Shown: positions 24,442 to 36,486, counted from the first letter of the stretch. The stretch: DNA of 64,000 nt from Selaginella moellendorffii (GCF_000143415.4 NW_003314348.1:748062-812061), one strand, 5' to 3'. Notes: generated from the letters alone by a model not told the origin. Program-made: numbers and translations.

Positions 24442-25860
24442 CTAGTCGCCCACCGCGGAGATTCTCGCCATTCGCTTTCTCCAGCGGACAATTATGAGCG
24501 CGATCAGCACCGACACGGCGATGATCACCGAGAAGGCGCCAATGGCTGTGTTGGCAACGATTCTCAGGGCCTTGGCGGATCGGCGCCCGGGAGGTAGGGC
24601 TCCGCCGGACGTTTTGATCTTGAGGAACATCGACGACGCATATCCTTGGCGCAGGGGCGTCACCGCGACGGTGTAGAGCGTAGTGACGTGGTAGCAGGCG
24701 CTGTCATGGATCCCAACCTGGAAGAACGCCGCAATGCAGCTACAATTCAAGAGGCAGGATTCCTTGCAAGCATTGGGAGAGAGCTGTGGAATCCCTTGCA
24801 TGAATTCCAGCGGCTGATAATCGTAGCCGGGGGCTTCGACGAGCTCGTGGCTGCCGCTGCTGTTGCATCGATCATCCGTCAACGACATTTCCCCCGGGAG
24901 AGAGCATCCTCCCAGCGGATTCGTCCGATCGATTGGCTCCAGCTGGAGCGATGGATCGAAGTCGAGGCAAGCACAGGTACTTTGTCGAAGCACGCCATAC
25001 TTTCCACATTCTCCAATGCCATTGATAGGAACGGGTTCGCTTTTCTTGTAGCTGTTCCAGAATCGCACAGTACCGTCATAGTGGAGCTTGAGGAACTTCC
25101 CAAACTGGAGGCAAAATGGCGCGGTGATTTTCTTGGTTGCTACCACGGACTCCATCCTGTTATATGCTACAAGATAGCAGCTCTCGATCATCAGGTACGC
25201 TATGTCGTGGCTTCCCAGGTCCCAGACCGCGTAAGTTTGCTCTGTGCCAGGAGCTCGAGCGCGGCCAACGAGACCCCGAGGCTGGAGCTCGAGAAAAAAG
25301 CTCCCTTGGCTCCTGTTTGTGTAAGAGACACTGGAGACGAGCTTGCTTCCCGGCACGAACTTTTGTTTCGGAAGCAACAAGTCCGTGGGGTGGTCGAAGC
25401 TCTGCCAGATGATCTCGCCCCCGCTGCCGAGGAGGACGAGGTTTCCGGTGTCGAGGACCTCCATAGCCACAACTCCTCGGCCCGAGGTGCCGGAGGACCA
25501 CACCTGGATGGGGCCTTGGCTCAGGACTAAGTTACCATCTTCTCCAAACGCGAGAGTGGCGTTGGCGGAGAGTGGGAAGTCTCGGTTGGCCTGCCAGACG
25601 CTGACGACGGTGTCCGACGAGATTGTGCACTCTACATCCGGGATGAGGGGGATGGAGATGGACAAGTAATAGATTGGAGAGGTGGAGCAAGCTCGCGTGA
25701 ATCCCAGCGCGTGGTTCGTGTCAACGTTGAGAAGCATGAAGTCCGGCTCAATACCTGACTCAAGCGTCCATTCTGTGTTGACAGGAGCCGTGCTTATAGC
25801 AGCAAAGACAGTGGTGCGATCAAGGAGAACGAGGAAGATCATTAAAGGCAGCACCACCAT
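24442..25860 (-). CDS. S-domain/EP1-like membrane protein: signal peptide, bulb-type lectin, PAN/apple, TM; no kinase
   Basis: VWQANRDFP, DGNLVL, LDTGNLVL, WQSFDHPTDLLLP.Q, CKESCLLNCSCIAAFF, C-terminal hydrophobic helix followed by RWRKR. Intronless. Confidence 0.88.
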   Translation of the reverse strand: MVVLPLMIFLVLLDRTTVFAAISTAPVNTEWTLESGIEPDFMLLNVDTNHALGFTRACSTSPIYYLSISIPLIPDVECTISSDTVVSVWQANRDFPLSANATLAFGEDGNLVLSQGPIQVWSSGTSGRGVVAMEVLDTGNLVLLGSGGEIIWQSFDHPTDLLLPKQKFVPGSKLVSSVSYTNRSQGSFFLELQPRGLVGRARAPGTEQTYAVWDLGSHDIAYLMIESCYLVAYNRMESVVATKKITAPFCLQFGKFLKLHYDGTVRFWNSYKKSEPVPINGIGECGKYGVLRQSTCACLDFDPSLQLEPIDRTNPLGGCSLPGEMSLTDDRCNSSGSHELVEAPGYDYQPLEFMQGIPQLSPNACKESCLLNCSCIAAFFQVGIHDSACYHVTTLYTVAVTPLRQGYASSMFLKIKTSGGALPPGRRSAKALRIVANTAIGAFSVIIAVSVLIALIIVRWRKRMARISAVGD

Positions 25861-26122
25861 AGCCAGAGCACGCGGGATGGAAGAAAGTTTGGAAAGAACA
25901 AGGATAAAGGCATTGGGGAGTCTGAAAGACGATCACAGGTGGGCTTTTTGTATTTTTACTGAAGCTTCACGCGTTGATTCACTAGGACGAGAACACCAAA
26001 GATTAAATGCTGGACTGATCATTGATAGAGGTAATGAAACAAACTCCTCTATCTCGGGGATCACTAAGTTTTTGGGGCTGTTTTAAATCTATTTGGGCCT
26101 AAGGTTTAGGGCTAGGGCTAGA

Positions 26123-27308
26123 ATGGCGATCATCCGGGAGGAGAGCAGCGAGGAATCGGACCCCGGTGGCAGCACGGGCAATGGCGCGATTGTGGATAGA
26201 TTCTCGCGGGCGAAAGTAATCGCCATCGCCGCTGGAGCAAGGCTGCTCTTCTACCCGACGCTGGCGTACAATGTCCTGCGCAACAGCATGGAGGACGAAT
26301 TCCGCTGGTGGGATCAAGTGGACGAGGTGAGATTGAGGTCTTGGGCCGAATTTCTGAGGTTTCCTGCCACAGTTCTTGCTTCTGGGCGCGGTGCCCTTTC
26401 GCAGCGATGTGATTTTGCTCAAATCGGCGGGCGTGAGGGGCGTTGTGACGCTCAACGAACCCTTTGAGACCCTCGTCGACTCATCCTTCTACCAGGTTAG
26501 CTTCTAGTGGAAAATTACTTAGCTTCCCCTAAAGGAGTATTCTCTCTTCTAGGAGCATGGTATCAGTCATTGTGTAATTCCAACGCGGGATTATTACTTT
26601 GCTCCGACTGTTAAAGACATTCGGCGAGCTGTGAACTTCATCCATGGTAAGTTTCTTTCTTTTTGCCCCTCTCCTTTGTTTTTTTCTTGGTCTTTATTTT
26701 GTGTTTTTTCAGAGCATGCGCTTCGAGATGAGACAACCTATGTTCACTGTAAAGCCGGTCGCGGGCGAAGTACAACAGTAGCGCTATGCTACTTGGTAAG
26801 CTTATCTTCTAGTATATTTCCTTTTCGTGATCGATTTTCTGCGTGATTCTAGATGGAACACCGAGGATTGAATCCCATCGACGCTTTCAGCTACATCCGT
26901 GCTCGGCGCCCGAGAGTTTTGCTGGCTTCAGCACAGTGGGAGGTATGAGAACTTCCGATTCATTCTTTTGTTTGCTCACCAACGTTTTCCCATCTCCAGG
27001 CTGTGTACGAATACAGACACAAGTATTGCTCGCGACCGCTGCTAGCAAACGCTGGATCCGGCAGCTGCAGCAGTAGCGACGATCTAAAGTCATCCCTGCC
27101 GTGCCTGTGCATTTACTGCACCGAGGAGCCGGTGATGATCACCGCCACGGATCTTGCGGACTACCGCGAGAAGCCCCGATGGATGTTGTGGAAGAACTTG
27201 GGGCTTGTTCTATCGTATCTTCTACGCATGGAGAAGATGGAGGCCATGGAAATGGCGTGCAAGCCGGCGCAAGACTTTGGCAGCTCCATCCAGCTAACGG
27301 CGTACTGA
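26123..27308 (+). CDS. PTPMT1/DSP8-like dual-specificity (phosphatidylglycerophosphate) phosphatase
   Basis: ARLLFYPTLAYNV, FRWWDQVDE, LLGAVPF, VVTLNEPFE, IPTRDY, YVHCKAGRGRSTT. Confidence 0.9.
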
Positions 27309-27434
27309 CCAAAACAACAAATGTAAAGGTTTGTATTCTGTATATAAAAAAGAAAGACAAGTACGGAAGGCATATCCATGGGTATAATCATGTAAATATA
27401 AGTACGGTAATCAAACAATCACAAAATTTGAAGT

Positions 27435-29437
27435 TCAGCTTAGGGTGAAAGTGGCGTTCTTCATGCCCCATAGCGCGATGGAGGCGCCGATCGGGGCGCT
27501 GCCGTTGTTGAAGAGGAAGAGGCGCGGCGAGCCGCTGGTAGGGTACACGCGGGAGGTAATGCAGGTCCGTCCGCCTTGAAAGAATGTCTCGATGATCGAG
27601 TGATCTACCTGTGGAGCACGCAGTCAGTGAAATTCAGGCCTTTCTTTCGGGTCTTACAATCACTCGCATCGTGAGCTGCTGCTCTGTGCTGGTAACGTTC
27701 ACGAATCCTCCGTATGCTGTTTTTGTGACATTTGGCTGTAGCGACGATCTAGAGGAAATGTTTTGGTTTGATCTCTGGGAATTTGGGGATGGATTACCTT
27801 CGAATGTCGCTGCAAGCAAGGGGCTTCCAGCCCGACTTCGATCTCAGCAACGCGAAGTAGATCGCAGTGTGTTCTTGGAGATAATCCGAGGCTAGAACCA
27901 TTAGTCCAAATGGTCCAATTGCTTCTCTTGATGCGGTGGTACGACCAAGGCATGAGGTTTGTCCGTCTTCCATGATGCTGTCGAGGGTGACTAGTTTGTG
28001 ATTTCTTACAGTGAAGGTGACCTCGATGTCCAGCTAAAACAACGCACGAGAAGCTGAAAGAAATGAAGAGAAAACAGGAGGAACACTAAAAGGTTGAGCC
28101 TAGGAACCTGAAACTTCTTTCTGCCGCTATGTATCTCCTGCAACGCGCCACCTTGAAGCTTGCGGTAAGCCTGTGAATGGTAGTCCCGTCGACGCAGTTT
28201 ATACACTTCGGCTAGTGGCCACTGTCTAACTCCATTTTGGTGTGTTTCATCCAGCCAGATTTGTCTCGGGAGTGCCTGACACAACTTCAGATCAACAAGA
28301 GGTTCTCACAAACAGTTTCTTCCACATACCTGGACGCCGGCCCAGCCTTTGGCTATGTCAGCCTCAACGCTGTCTTTCTCGGTGACCCATCCCCAAAGTA
28401 CGCGTCTCTGCTTCTCAGGGTCGTAGAACGTCTTGGAAGCGTAGAAGACGCCGTAATCGTAAACGAGGCCTATTCCAGTGTCCAGCTCCGGGACATTGGG
28501 TATGAACTTATCGGCCGCAGCATCGTAAGTTCCTACAGCGTAAGCATCTTGTCTGGTATTATCCAAGCTGACTTTGAGTACGTGTTTAACTCCAGAGCCT
28601 CTGACTGAATCCTCCAAGCCTTTTGTTCCGAAGGATGAAACGGGATAGAAATCCGGGCACTCCCACATCCCGGTTCCAGCAACTTCATGGAGCGGATTGT
28701 CCACCAAGTCCCAGTGAACAAAGTCTTTACTGGTGTACAGGATTGCAGCTCCGGTGGCATTCTTCTTTGCTCCCACCAGGATTCTCCAAAGCCCGTCGGC
28801 ACCAATCCAGGCCGTGGTTGGATCTCTGAAGTCTACTGTTCGCACGCCGGAGGGTGGTGGAAAGATGATCGGGTTCCGCTCCAGTTTCTTCCAGGTTCTA
28901 ACCAGCGGATCCGAGATGTTTGCAGGCACAGCCTCGTTCTGCGACTGATCTAAGTTGAGCGCAGAGCCCGTGTAGAGAATGACCGGCACTCCCTTGACGA
29001 AGGTGATGGAGCCAGAGAAGGCACCGTTTTGGTCGTAAGGCTTGTCTCTTTGGAGAGCCAGGTCGAGGAAGCTCCAGTTGATGAGGTCCTTGGAGACTGC
29101 GTGTCCCCAGCTGATGTTTCCAAATACTGGCGCGGTGGGATTGTACTGGAAGAAGAGGTGATACAATCCTTTGTAGAGCATCGGTCCTGGCTTAAGTCCA
29201 TGAGGTAACGATCTTTTCTTTCTATCATTTTCTTACCATTGGGATCTTTTGGGACAGGAAAGAGGAAGAAGAACATACACATACAAGGGTGGCTTTTACT
29301 TGAGTGACTCTAGAAGTTATAATTTTACCATTCATCCAGTTCTTGATGGGTTGGAAGTGGAATGCAGGGCGTAAGTCATCCCCCACAGACGATCCTGCAA
29401 GCGATAAGATGATTATTATCAGAAGCATAGCCGGCAT
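27435..29437 (-). CDS. GH32 acid (cell-wall-type) invertase/beta-fructofuranosidase with a 9-nt mini-exon
   Basis: Signal peptide, [16 protein letters not shown] (mini-exon 29237-29245), [43 protein letters not shown]. Confidence 0.93.
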
Positions 29438-29499
29438 TTGAAAGGCAAGGTTGGTGCAACCATCTTTTTTAGCTTAATCGGGTAAATCAAATTCGGGAG

Positions 29500-29509
29500 A
29501 AAAATAAAA
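29500..29509 (-). terminator. Putative Pol III oligo-T terminator of tRNA-Pro
   Basis: TTTTATTTTT on the minus strand, about 20 nt after the discriminator base. Confidence 0.55.
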
Positions 29510-29529
29510 GCTGGACATCTTTTTCTTCG

Positions 29530-29603
29530 TAGGGATGACAGGATTCGAACCTGCGGCCGTTTGTACCCAAAACAAACGCGCTACCGAGCTGCGCTACATC
29601 CCT
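29530..29603 (-). tRNA. trnP-UGG: tRNA-Pro(UGG), chloroplast-type sequence in nuclear context
   Basis: AGGGATG TA GCGC AGCTCGGTA GCGC G TTTGT TT-TGG-GT ACAAA CGGCC GCAGG TTCGAAT CCTGT CATCCCT A (74 nt) folds as a complete cloverleaf. It closely matches plastid trnP-UGG as I recall it and not plant cytosolic tRNA-Pro (GGGCGTTTGGTCTAG...). Confidence 0.92.
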
Positions 29604-30199
29604 GGCCGCAATTTCCAGTGCCGGAATGCTGCCCCAGGCGAACTTGCATGTTAGCAAAACAGTTTTGAAACTCTTGACAGGTTCTTTCCGGCTCTTTGTC
29701 AAGCAGCTTTCAAATCCTTCGAAAAAGATAGGGAAAGTGAAAGTAAAATAAAATAGAATATTTACTTATGGTCATGGCCCATAAAACTTAATATTCATTA
29801 GTCTAAGTATTTGTTTTGGAGTGTTACCTCAAGGATTTGGAAATGTTGTGTGCTGTGCTTGTGTTGTTGCTGATTTCAAGGACGAAGGCTGCCACCTCTC
29901 TGGCCACGGGCAGGGCATAAACTTCACCGACAGTAGCCAAATTTCCACTGGTAAGAAAATTGTTACGGTCTTTCAAATGACATGTTAGGGTTTTAAATAT
30001 ATCATCTATTATTTAATGATATCCTATCCTAAATTTCTGCTTATACTTTTAGCAAGATTGTGGTGGAAAATGCTACCGAACTCTTGCTTGAGCAGTTGGA
30101 TTCATGCTGGGGCACCGAATAGTGGATTGAATTTAAAAGGTAAAAAAGCTAAAATGAAATGCTTGAAACACTAAAAGATAAGGAGATTTAGGAGAGTAA

Positions 30200-31840
30200 T
30201 TAAACATGAGCCCTGTGGCAGAAGGTATAATTAGTACCATCTAATGTGAAGGAATGCAGGGCAATTGTCATGTTCAACAGTCTCCATTTTCCTCGTAGTA
30301 GACTTGGCAAAGTCTGTCCTCCAAAGGAGTAAGTGGTTTGAGCCATTCTCCAACTGTTGAATATAGGTGGTGTCCTCCTGCTTGATAGGTAGTTAGGATC
30401 CTTTGAGTGCTTTTGTCCTAAAGGCCAGTGTAGCTGGATGACAATTTCCCGTGTTGTGTTACTGTTTGTAGGTACTATTGGAAGGCAGTACTGGTTGGCT
30501 GTTTGAAAAGTGAATTCCATCCATTCTGCAGACACTTCGGTAATGTGTGAGGAGTAGATAATTGAGATCCATTCCTAGATCATGTTGTTCACGCAAACAT
30601 GATGTTTTTCCTAAACCCATTTATAAATCCTTGCTGTTTAGATCCAATTTTCTTGGAAGATCATATACCCCAGAGACTTATACCTCATTCCTTTATCTGT
30701 GTTAGAGATAATCTCTTGTATCCAATCTGTCTTGTGAGGTTGACCACCAACCCTCTAGAATCTCAAGTTGTCTTTGAAACAAAGAGCAAGTGGATGTGAG
30801 GGGTAAGAGATCATTCACATACAGAAAGTATTGATATAGGCTAGCCATTTGTATCACTGAAAGATGGTGGTCAGTGAATAATGTTTCAATACATGCTGTG
30901 TGGTACTTCGCAAGTGGAGAGGAGTTCAACGGAGCGGGTCCGGAGGGGGCGATGGGAGAGAGGACTTTGGAAAGCGATGGGAACGAGCTATGGGACAAAA
31001 TCAGTCCATTAATATATAGTCTCAGAAGAGTTGGCGAAAGTAGACAAACTTGCTTAACTCTTATGGTGATCAGAATAAGTTCTTATCCAGCAAATGACTT
31101 CATAAAGTGCCAAAAGTGCCTGGATTATACTTAATGGTGTCTCTATAACCTTCAAGTGATCCTGTAAACTTTGTCTAATCGCTAAACAATCATAGGTGTA
31201 TTTAGGCCTGAAACCCGCTTGATTTTTCAACAATACGGGCAAATATTTAAAACCACTATGGTGTGGTGGTTTTTAGGAAGCATCTCATCACCACTTTTAT
31301 AGATTGGAATGATGCAGTTTACTGTCCACTTTTTTGGGAAGCCATTGCAGAGAACATCACCTAAGATTTGAGCAAGTATCGTTGCTAGGAGGTGTTGATC
31401 ACAAGCTTGAAGTAATTCCATATCAACAGCCTTCCAAAATATGCTATATGCTTTGTTTGGGGTTGCCATACATTCTCGTTTTTTACGCTTGCATATTGGT
31501 GAGCTGCTTTGGCATCGGGTGCTTCAGATTGGGCCCTTTGCCTTTTGAATTGTATTCCATTGCTGGCGTTCATTATTCCACCATGGGGAGTTGGGGATGC
31601 GGAATGGGGAATGAGCTGCTGTGGTGAGGACTTTTATCAAGAGATCAGCATAGTTGTCAATTGGTACCATAAGTCCCTCAATTGTTCTGCATAGAGACTT
31701 CGCCGTTCTGCAATGATCTTGTATCTGATAGATGTGGGGAGCTGTTCATGAGCTGTAGTAGCTGGAGGAATTGTCGACGTCAATCCCAGAGGGCAGTGAT
31801 CCGCAATCTCCAGATCCACTTGGATTGATTGAAGATCCAC
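30200..31840 (-). mobile_element. Degenerate non-LTR (LINE) retrotransposon reverse-transcriptase remnant
   Basis: Frame-broken pieces FPKKWTVNCIIPIYKSGD..PKNHHTI, NQAGFRPKY, FLYVNDLL match LINE RT motifs. Boundaries are approximate. Confidence 0.7.
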
Positions 31841-32312
31841 TTTGTTTGAGGAGATTGTAGCCTAGTAATAGTGCCTAGTACCACGACTAGTGCGGCAAGT
31901 GAAACCCCCTGGGTGAGGCCAGTGCCGTGTTCCATTTAGAATACTGTGGTGCAGGTATCGAGTAATTGTTTCCCTGCGGTCTTGGTCGTGTCATCCTGGG
32001 CAATTGTGGTAACAAAAGAGTTCTTCATTGTAGAGAGTGGCTTGCAAGGATGCAGTAAGTACGAGATGCAGTAGATAACGACACCGGAGGAGGATTCTTC
32101 AGAAAGGCCATATCCTTTTTTCAGTATTTGTTTCTTTCTTTTCTTCGGGTTTTTTTCTTTTAAAATTTCTGATGGGCGACTCTATCACTCTAGATGGAGT
32201 CCACTCAATGCAAGTTGGGAGTAAAGTCTCGCCTATCAATTTAGCATTAGTTCATCTTCCATAGCCACACGGCTGGCCCTTCCCTGGCCACACATTTTAC
32301 CATTGCGGAGAA

Positions 32313-32315
<3 letters not shown>

Positions 32316-32355
<40 letters not shown>
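32316..32355. repeat. (GA)n microsatellite in the COI1-like 5' region
   Basis: Perfect GA run. Confidence 0.95.
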
Positions 32356-32359
<4 letters not shown>

Positions 32360-32434
32360 AGTAAAAAACAGAGAGAGAGAGGATCTTACGTACCACGACA
32401 TCTTCTCCTTCCTTCCCGGTTAGAAGTGTTAGCG

Positions 32435-34502
32435 ATGGAGGAGCGAAGCAGTAACAAGAAGAAGAAGAAGAGCGCAGTGCTGTGGCTGTGCGATGAGCTG
32501 CTGGAGAGAATCCTCGCGCTTATCGCCGATCCCTGCGACCGCGCGGCGGTCTCCGAGGTGAATCGGCAGTGGTACCGGGTGGAGGCGAGGACGCGATCGA
32601 GATTGGTGGTCAAGTGCTCGTACGCAGTGCATCCATGGCGGCTGGCCCAGCGATTTACCGGCCTCGCCAGCGTGACCATCAAGGGGCGGCCACGGATCTA
32701 CGACTGGGGCTTGCTCGGGGACGACTGGGGCGGCACCGCCGACGCCTGGATCCGCGTCCTCGTCGCCTGCTGCCCCTCTCTCGCCGCCATCCACCTCCGC
32801 CGCTTCGACGTCCCCGACTCCGCCATCGCCGCCATTGCCACCGCCGCGTTTGCGAGCTCGCTGCAGGTGCTCAAGCTCGACCGCTGCTCGGGCTTCTCCA
32901 CCCGGGGCCTCCTCGAGATCGCGCGCCACTGCAAGTGAGTCAAGCAAGCGATCATCTCTCTCTCAACGTTGTGTTCTATCTATATGATCCAGGAACCTCA
33001 GAGTTTTGAGCTTGGACGAGAGCATCGTGGATGGTGGCGGCGAGCAGTGGCTGCGAGCTCTGGCCGACACCGCCACCAAGCTCGAGGTGCTCAGCTTTAG
33101 CCTGACGGGGATCGAGGTCCGGGGCCTGGACGATGTGGCGGCGATTGTGAGCAGGAACAAGCGACTCGCCTCTCTTCGGCTTGACGAAGTTCGCACCACC
33201 AATGACGCCATTTCCAGGGCGCGGGGGATCCTTTGCGATGCTGCATCGCTCCAGGAGATGCTGCTGCTCTATCGCTCCCTGGATGAGAGCAGCATCATCG
33301 AGAAGCTGGAGCTGCCCAAGACGGTCACTTCCCTCGCCGGGGATATCAGCATTCCTCTCGATTCCGGGCTCGCCTTCCGGCTGCTCAAGCTCGACTTGAT
33401 GCTCACCACCCTCGATAGCTCGCAGCTCTCGCTTCTCCACCAGACTTTCCAAGCGTGTCCCAACCTGGAAGAACTCAAGGTAATGAGACTTTCCGTAGCT
33501 TGGATCTTACTCTCTTCTTTCGCTCACTATCTCTCAGAGTTTGAACAAACCAGCCATTTGCTTTCTAAGTTCTTCCAATGTTTTCCAAAGTTCTCATCCA
33601 GTCACTAGCTAGCGCAAGTTGTTATCTCTCGACAGACACATTCCTTAGCTTGGACACCATCAACAGATCATGAAGTTCTTTTCGAAAGTTCACCCTCCCC
33701 CGATCCTTCTATAGATCCATCGAAAGTTCTCAATCGACTGAAGAGTACATTGCTCCTTTCCCAGGTGAGGAACAGCATCGGGGACGAGGGAGTCGAGGCC
33801 ATCGCTAAGCACTGTCGGAAGCTCAAGCGCATCCGAATCGAGAACCTCGAGGACAACCATCACTCAGTCTCGCAGCACGGCCTCATCGCGCTCGCCTCCA
33901 GCTGCGCACACCTCCGCACAGTAGCCATCTACGCCTCAGACGTGAGCAACGCAGCATTTGCCGCTTTTGGCATTTGCTGCCGGGACCTCTACGACTTCCG
34001 GATCGCGGTGCTCGACTCCCCGACCCCGCTCACCGATACCCCGCTCGACGCCGGCGTCAAATCCCTCCTCCAGGGCTGCCGGGGCCTCCGCAAGCTCGCG
34101 CTCTACCTCAAGCGCGGCGGCCTCTCGGATCACGGCCTGGCAGAGATGGGGGTGCTCGCGGCCAATCTCAAGTGGCTGCTCCTGGGCTGCGCGGGCTACT
34201 CGGACGCCGGATTCGTGGGCCTCGCGGCCGGGTGCGCGAGGCTGACCAAGCTGGAGCTCCGGCACTGCCCGTTTAGCGAGGCCGGCATGGCGGCCGGGGT
34301 GGCGCGGATGGAGCGGCTGAGGTACGTGTGGAGCCAGGGGTACCGCGAAGTGGACGCCAGAGATTTACTGGCGCTGGGGCCGGCGTGGAACATCGAGTAC
34401 ATGCCGTCCCGCGATGCCGCTGTGACACAGTTCGTAGCATATCGGTCGCTGCTTGGGCCCCGGAGGGATTGCCCGCCTCGCGTCATGCAACTGGTTGGCT
34501 AA
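32435..34502 (+). CDS. COI1: COI1-like F-box/LRR jasmonate receptor homolog (exons 32435-32934, 32993-33479, 33765-34502; 574 aa)
   Basis: F-box; KGRPR; DWGG; LKLDRCSGFSTRGL; KLKRIRIE; VAIYASDV.N; DFRI; PLDAGV.SLL.GC..LRKLALYLKRGGLSD.GL; KLELRHC.FSE; WSQGY; WNIEY; SL.G.R.DCP. Conserved COI1/TIR1 three-exon layout. Confidence 0.88.
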
Positions 34503-36486
34503 GCGGAATTTTTAATTTTTTTAATAAATTTTTTTATTGCGGTGAGGTGGAGATCTACGATTGTCCGCATGTGTCTCGAAAGTTTGAAAAGAAGACACAC
34601 CTATGGATAAAAAATTGAAACAAAGACCGTAAATTATCCATAGAATTTGTTGTATTCATTCATTCGATTTTGTTTACATGGTCTCGCAGTGCCCGCCAAG
34701 GATTTGAATAAGCTGCCGGAATGATATTTGCAGCTTTATGTAAATGTACTTAATATTTTTGCTCTTTCTGAGTGCACGTCCAAATTTAGTAATTCGTATT
34801 TAGTTTAGGTCTAAGTTTTGCTCAGCTGACAAGAAACTGCCGCTTACAGACTGCCACGGCTGCATATGTAGAAAGACAACACGTATTGTTCTTATCTCTT
34901 CTCTCTTTTCTTCTTTTTGTTGCTTGTTTGTAGGGTGGATGACAATTCAATGGCATGCATTCATGTATGCATAACTCATGGATGAGGACAGGTCAAGGCT
35001 TTTACATTACTTCTAAATAAGCCTTATAATACTCTTTGTAGCAGATGGATCTTATTAATACAATTACAATATAGGAGTATTTTTAGTGATGTTATTTATC
35101 CTTGTTTATCCAAAGGTTCGAAAGACAGTTTATATTCTTAATATTGTCAATCAAGTTGTTCGTAACAAATGGCACTAAAAATGAAGATGATGAAACGTTT
35201 GTAGTATCCTAAACAGGTTCCTAAACCTTATAAAATGGTGTTCAAGTCTATTTTAAGTTAGCTAGCTAGTTAATTGCTAGTTGTTGTACTTCATGCTTGT
35301 TGTCCCTCTCCCTAAGGACCTAATCCATGGTTTGAATTTTTGGGAAGCTAAGCAACACCACTTGATCTTACTTATGTGGCATTGTTACTTATATGGCCTG
35401 ATCTTGGTTGGATTGAATGTCATATCATGAACAGTCATGATCAAAACCTTTAATTTTATAGTGGAAATTCAAGTGGAGATTCTGGAGCTCCCCCTTAGAT
35501 CTATGGCACAATCAATTATAGCTTGCATTGTCACCCTTCTATAGTTCCACATTTGTACGTATGTAGCTCATATTCTGGCATGCAGTAGTGGTACCTTAAG
35601 AAGCTTCATCTGTTGATTCTTGGCAAGGGGCAAAAGTATCATACAATAGTATAACATAGGGGTAAAGAGATTAAAATTTTATTTGCTAGTAATTTTTATA
35701 ACTATTGTATCATACAATTGTGAGAGCTAAAAAACAATTTAGTAAATAAACAAAATTTTGCAACTAATTTAGTTATGATCATCACAAAATTAATTCAGAA
35801 AGTTTTAAAATGTTTTATCACTATATCATACTTTTGTCTTCTTGCTATCTAGATTGTGTTTGGTCCATTCTCACAATTCCTTTGATGATTCCTCTATGGT
35901 TGAATGTACGTGATGGTCATCTTTCAAGCAAACATCTCAGATTCCAGGAAGAGGAATGGAACCCTCCAAACTTACAGTTCATGCTCTATAAAGTTTAGTT
36001 GTGTCCAAAAAGAGCTGTGACCATTGTGTACAATGCAATAGTAGTGTTTGTTTTGTCTTCCAATAATTGCATTGCTATGGCAATCTGACTGGAAGCTATG
36101 ATGTTGAAATCAGCAGCCACTGCATAGGCCCCACACATTTGCACTACTTTCACGCAGTCTTTGACACCTTTTGTCCATGTCCATCGTCTCAAAGATAAAT
36201 TGCCAAATTTCCTTGCATTCCATAAGCTTGCAAGTTGTTGGAACCAGCAGCAAAAGCAAGTATAGGTATAAGCCGGAAAGCTGATTTAAGGATAATTGTT
36301 CTCCTTTGATATCAGTTCCAGTGCTTCAATATAATCTGTGTGGATTCCGGTTTGATGACTTAGGATCACAAACATGTTTATGAAGCAGCTTAAACTGAAA
36401 CCAAGCTTTCGAACACAAGCTTTTGCATTCATTTTTTCTTTGTTTTATTGAAACAATCAGTTTTTAGTCTATTTAGTTATCCTCCT

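Noticed and set aside
29487-29702. Small ORF over tRNA-Pro (likewise ORFs 47766-48146 and 48062-48343 over tRNA-Gly)
   Set aside because: Chance ORFs overlapping tRNA genes, with no protein motifs.
34600-36400. Short ORFs between the COI1-like gene and the second invertase
   Set aside because: AT-rich and stop-interrupted, with no recognisable family. Possibly a decayed gene or TE, but unsupported.
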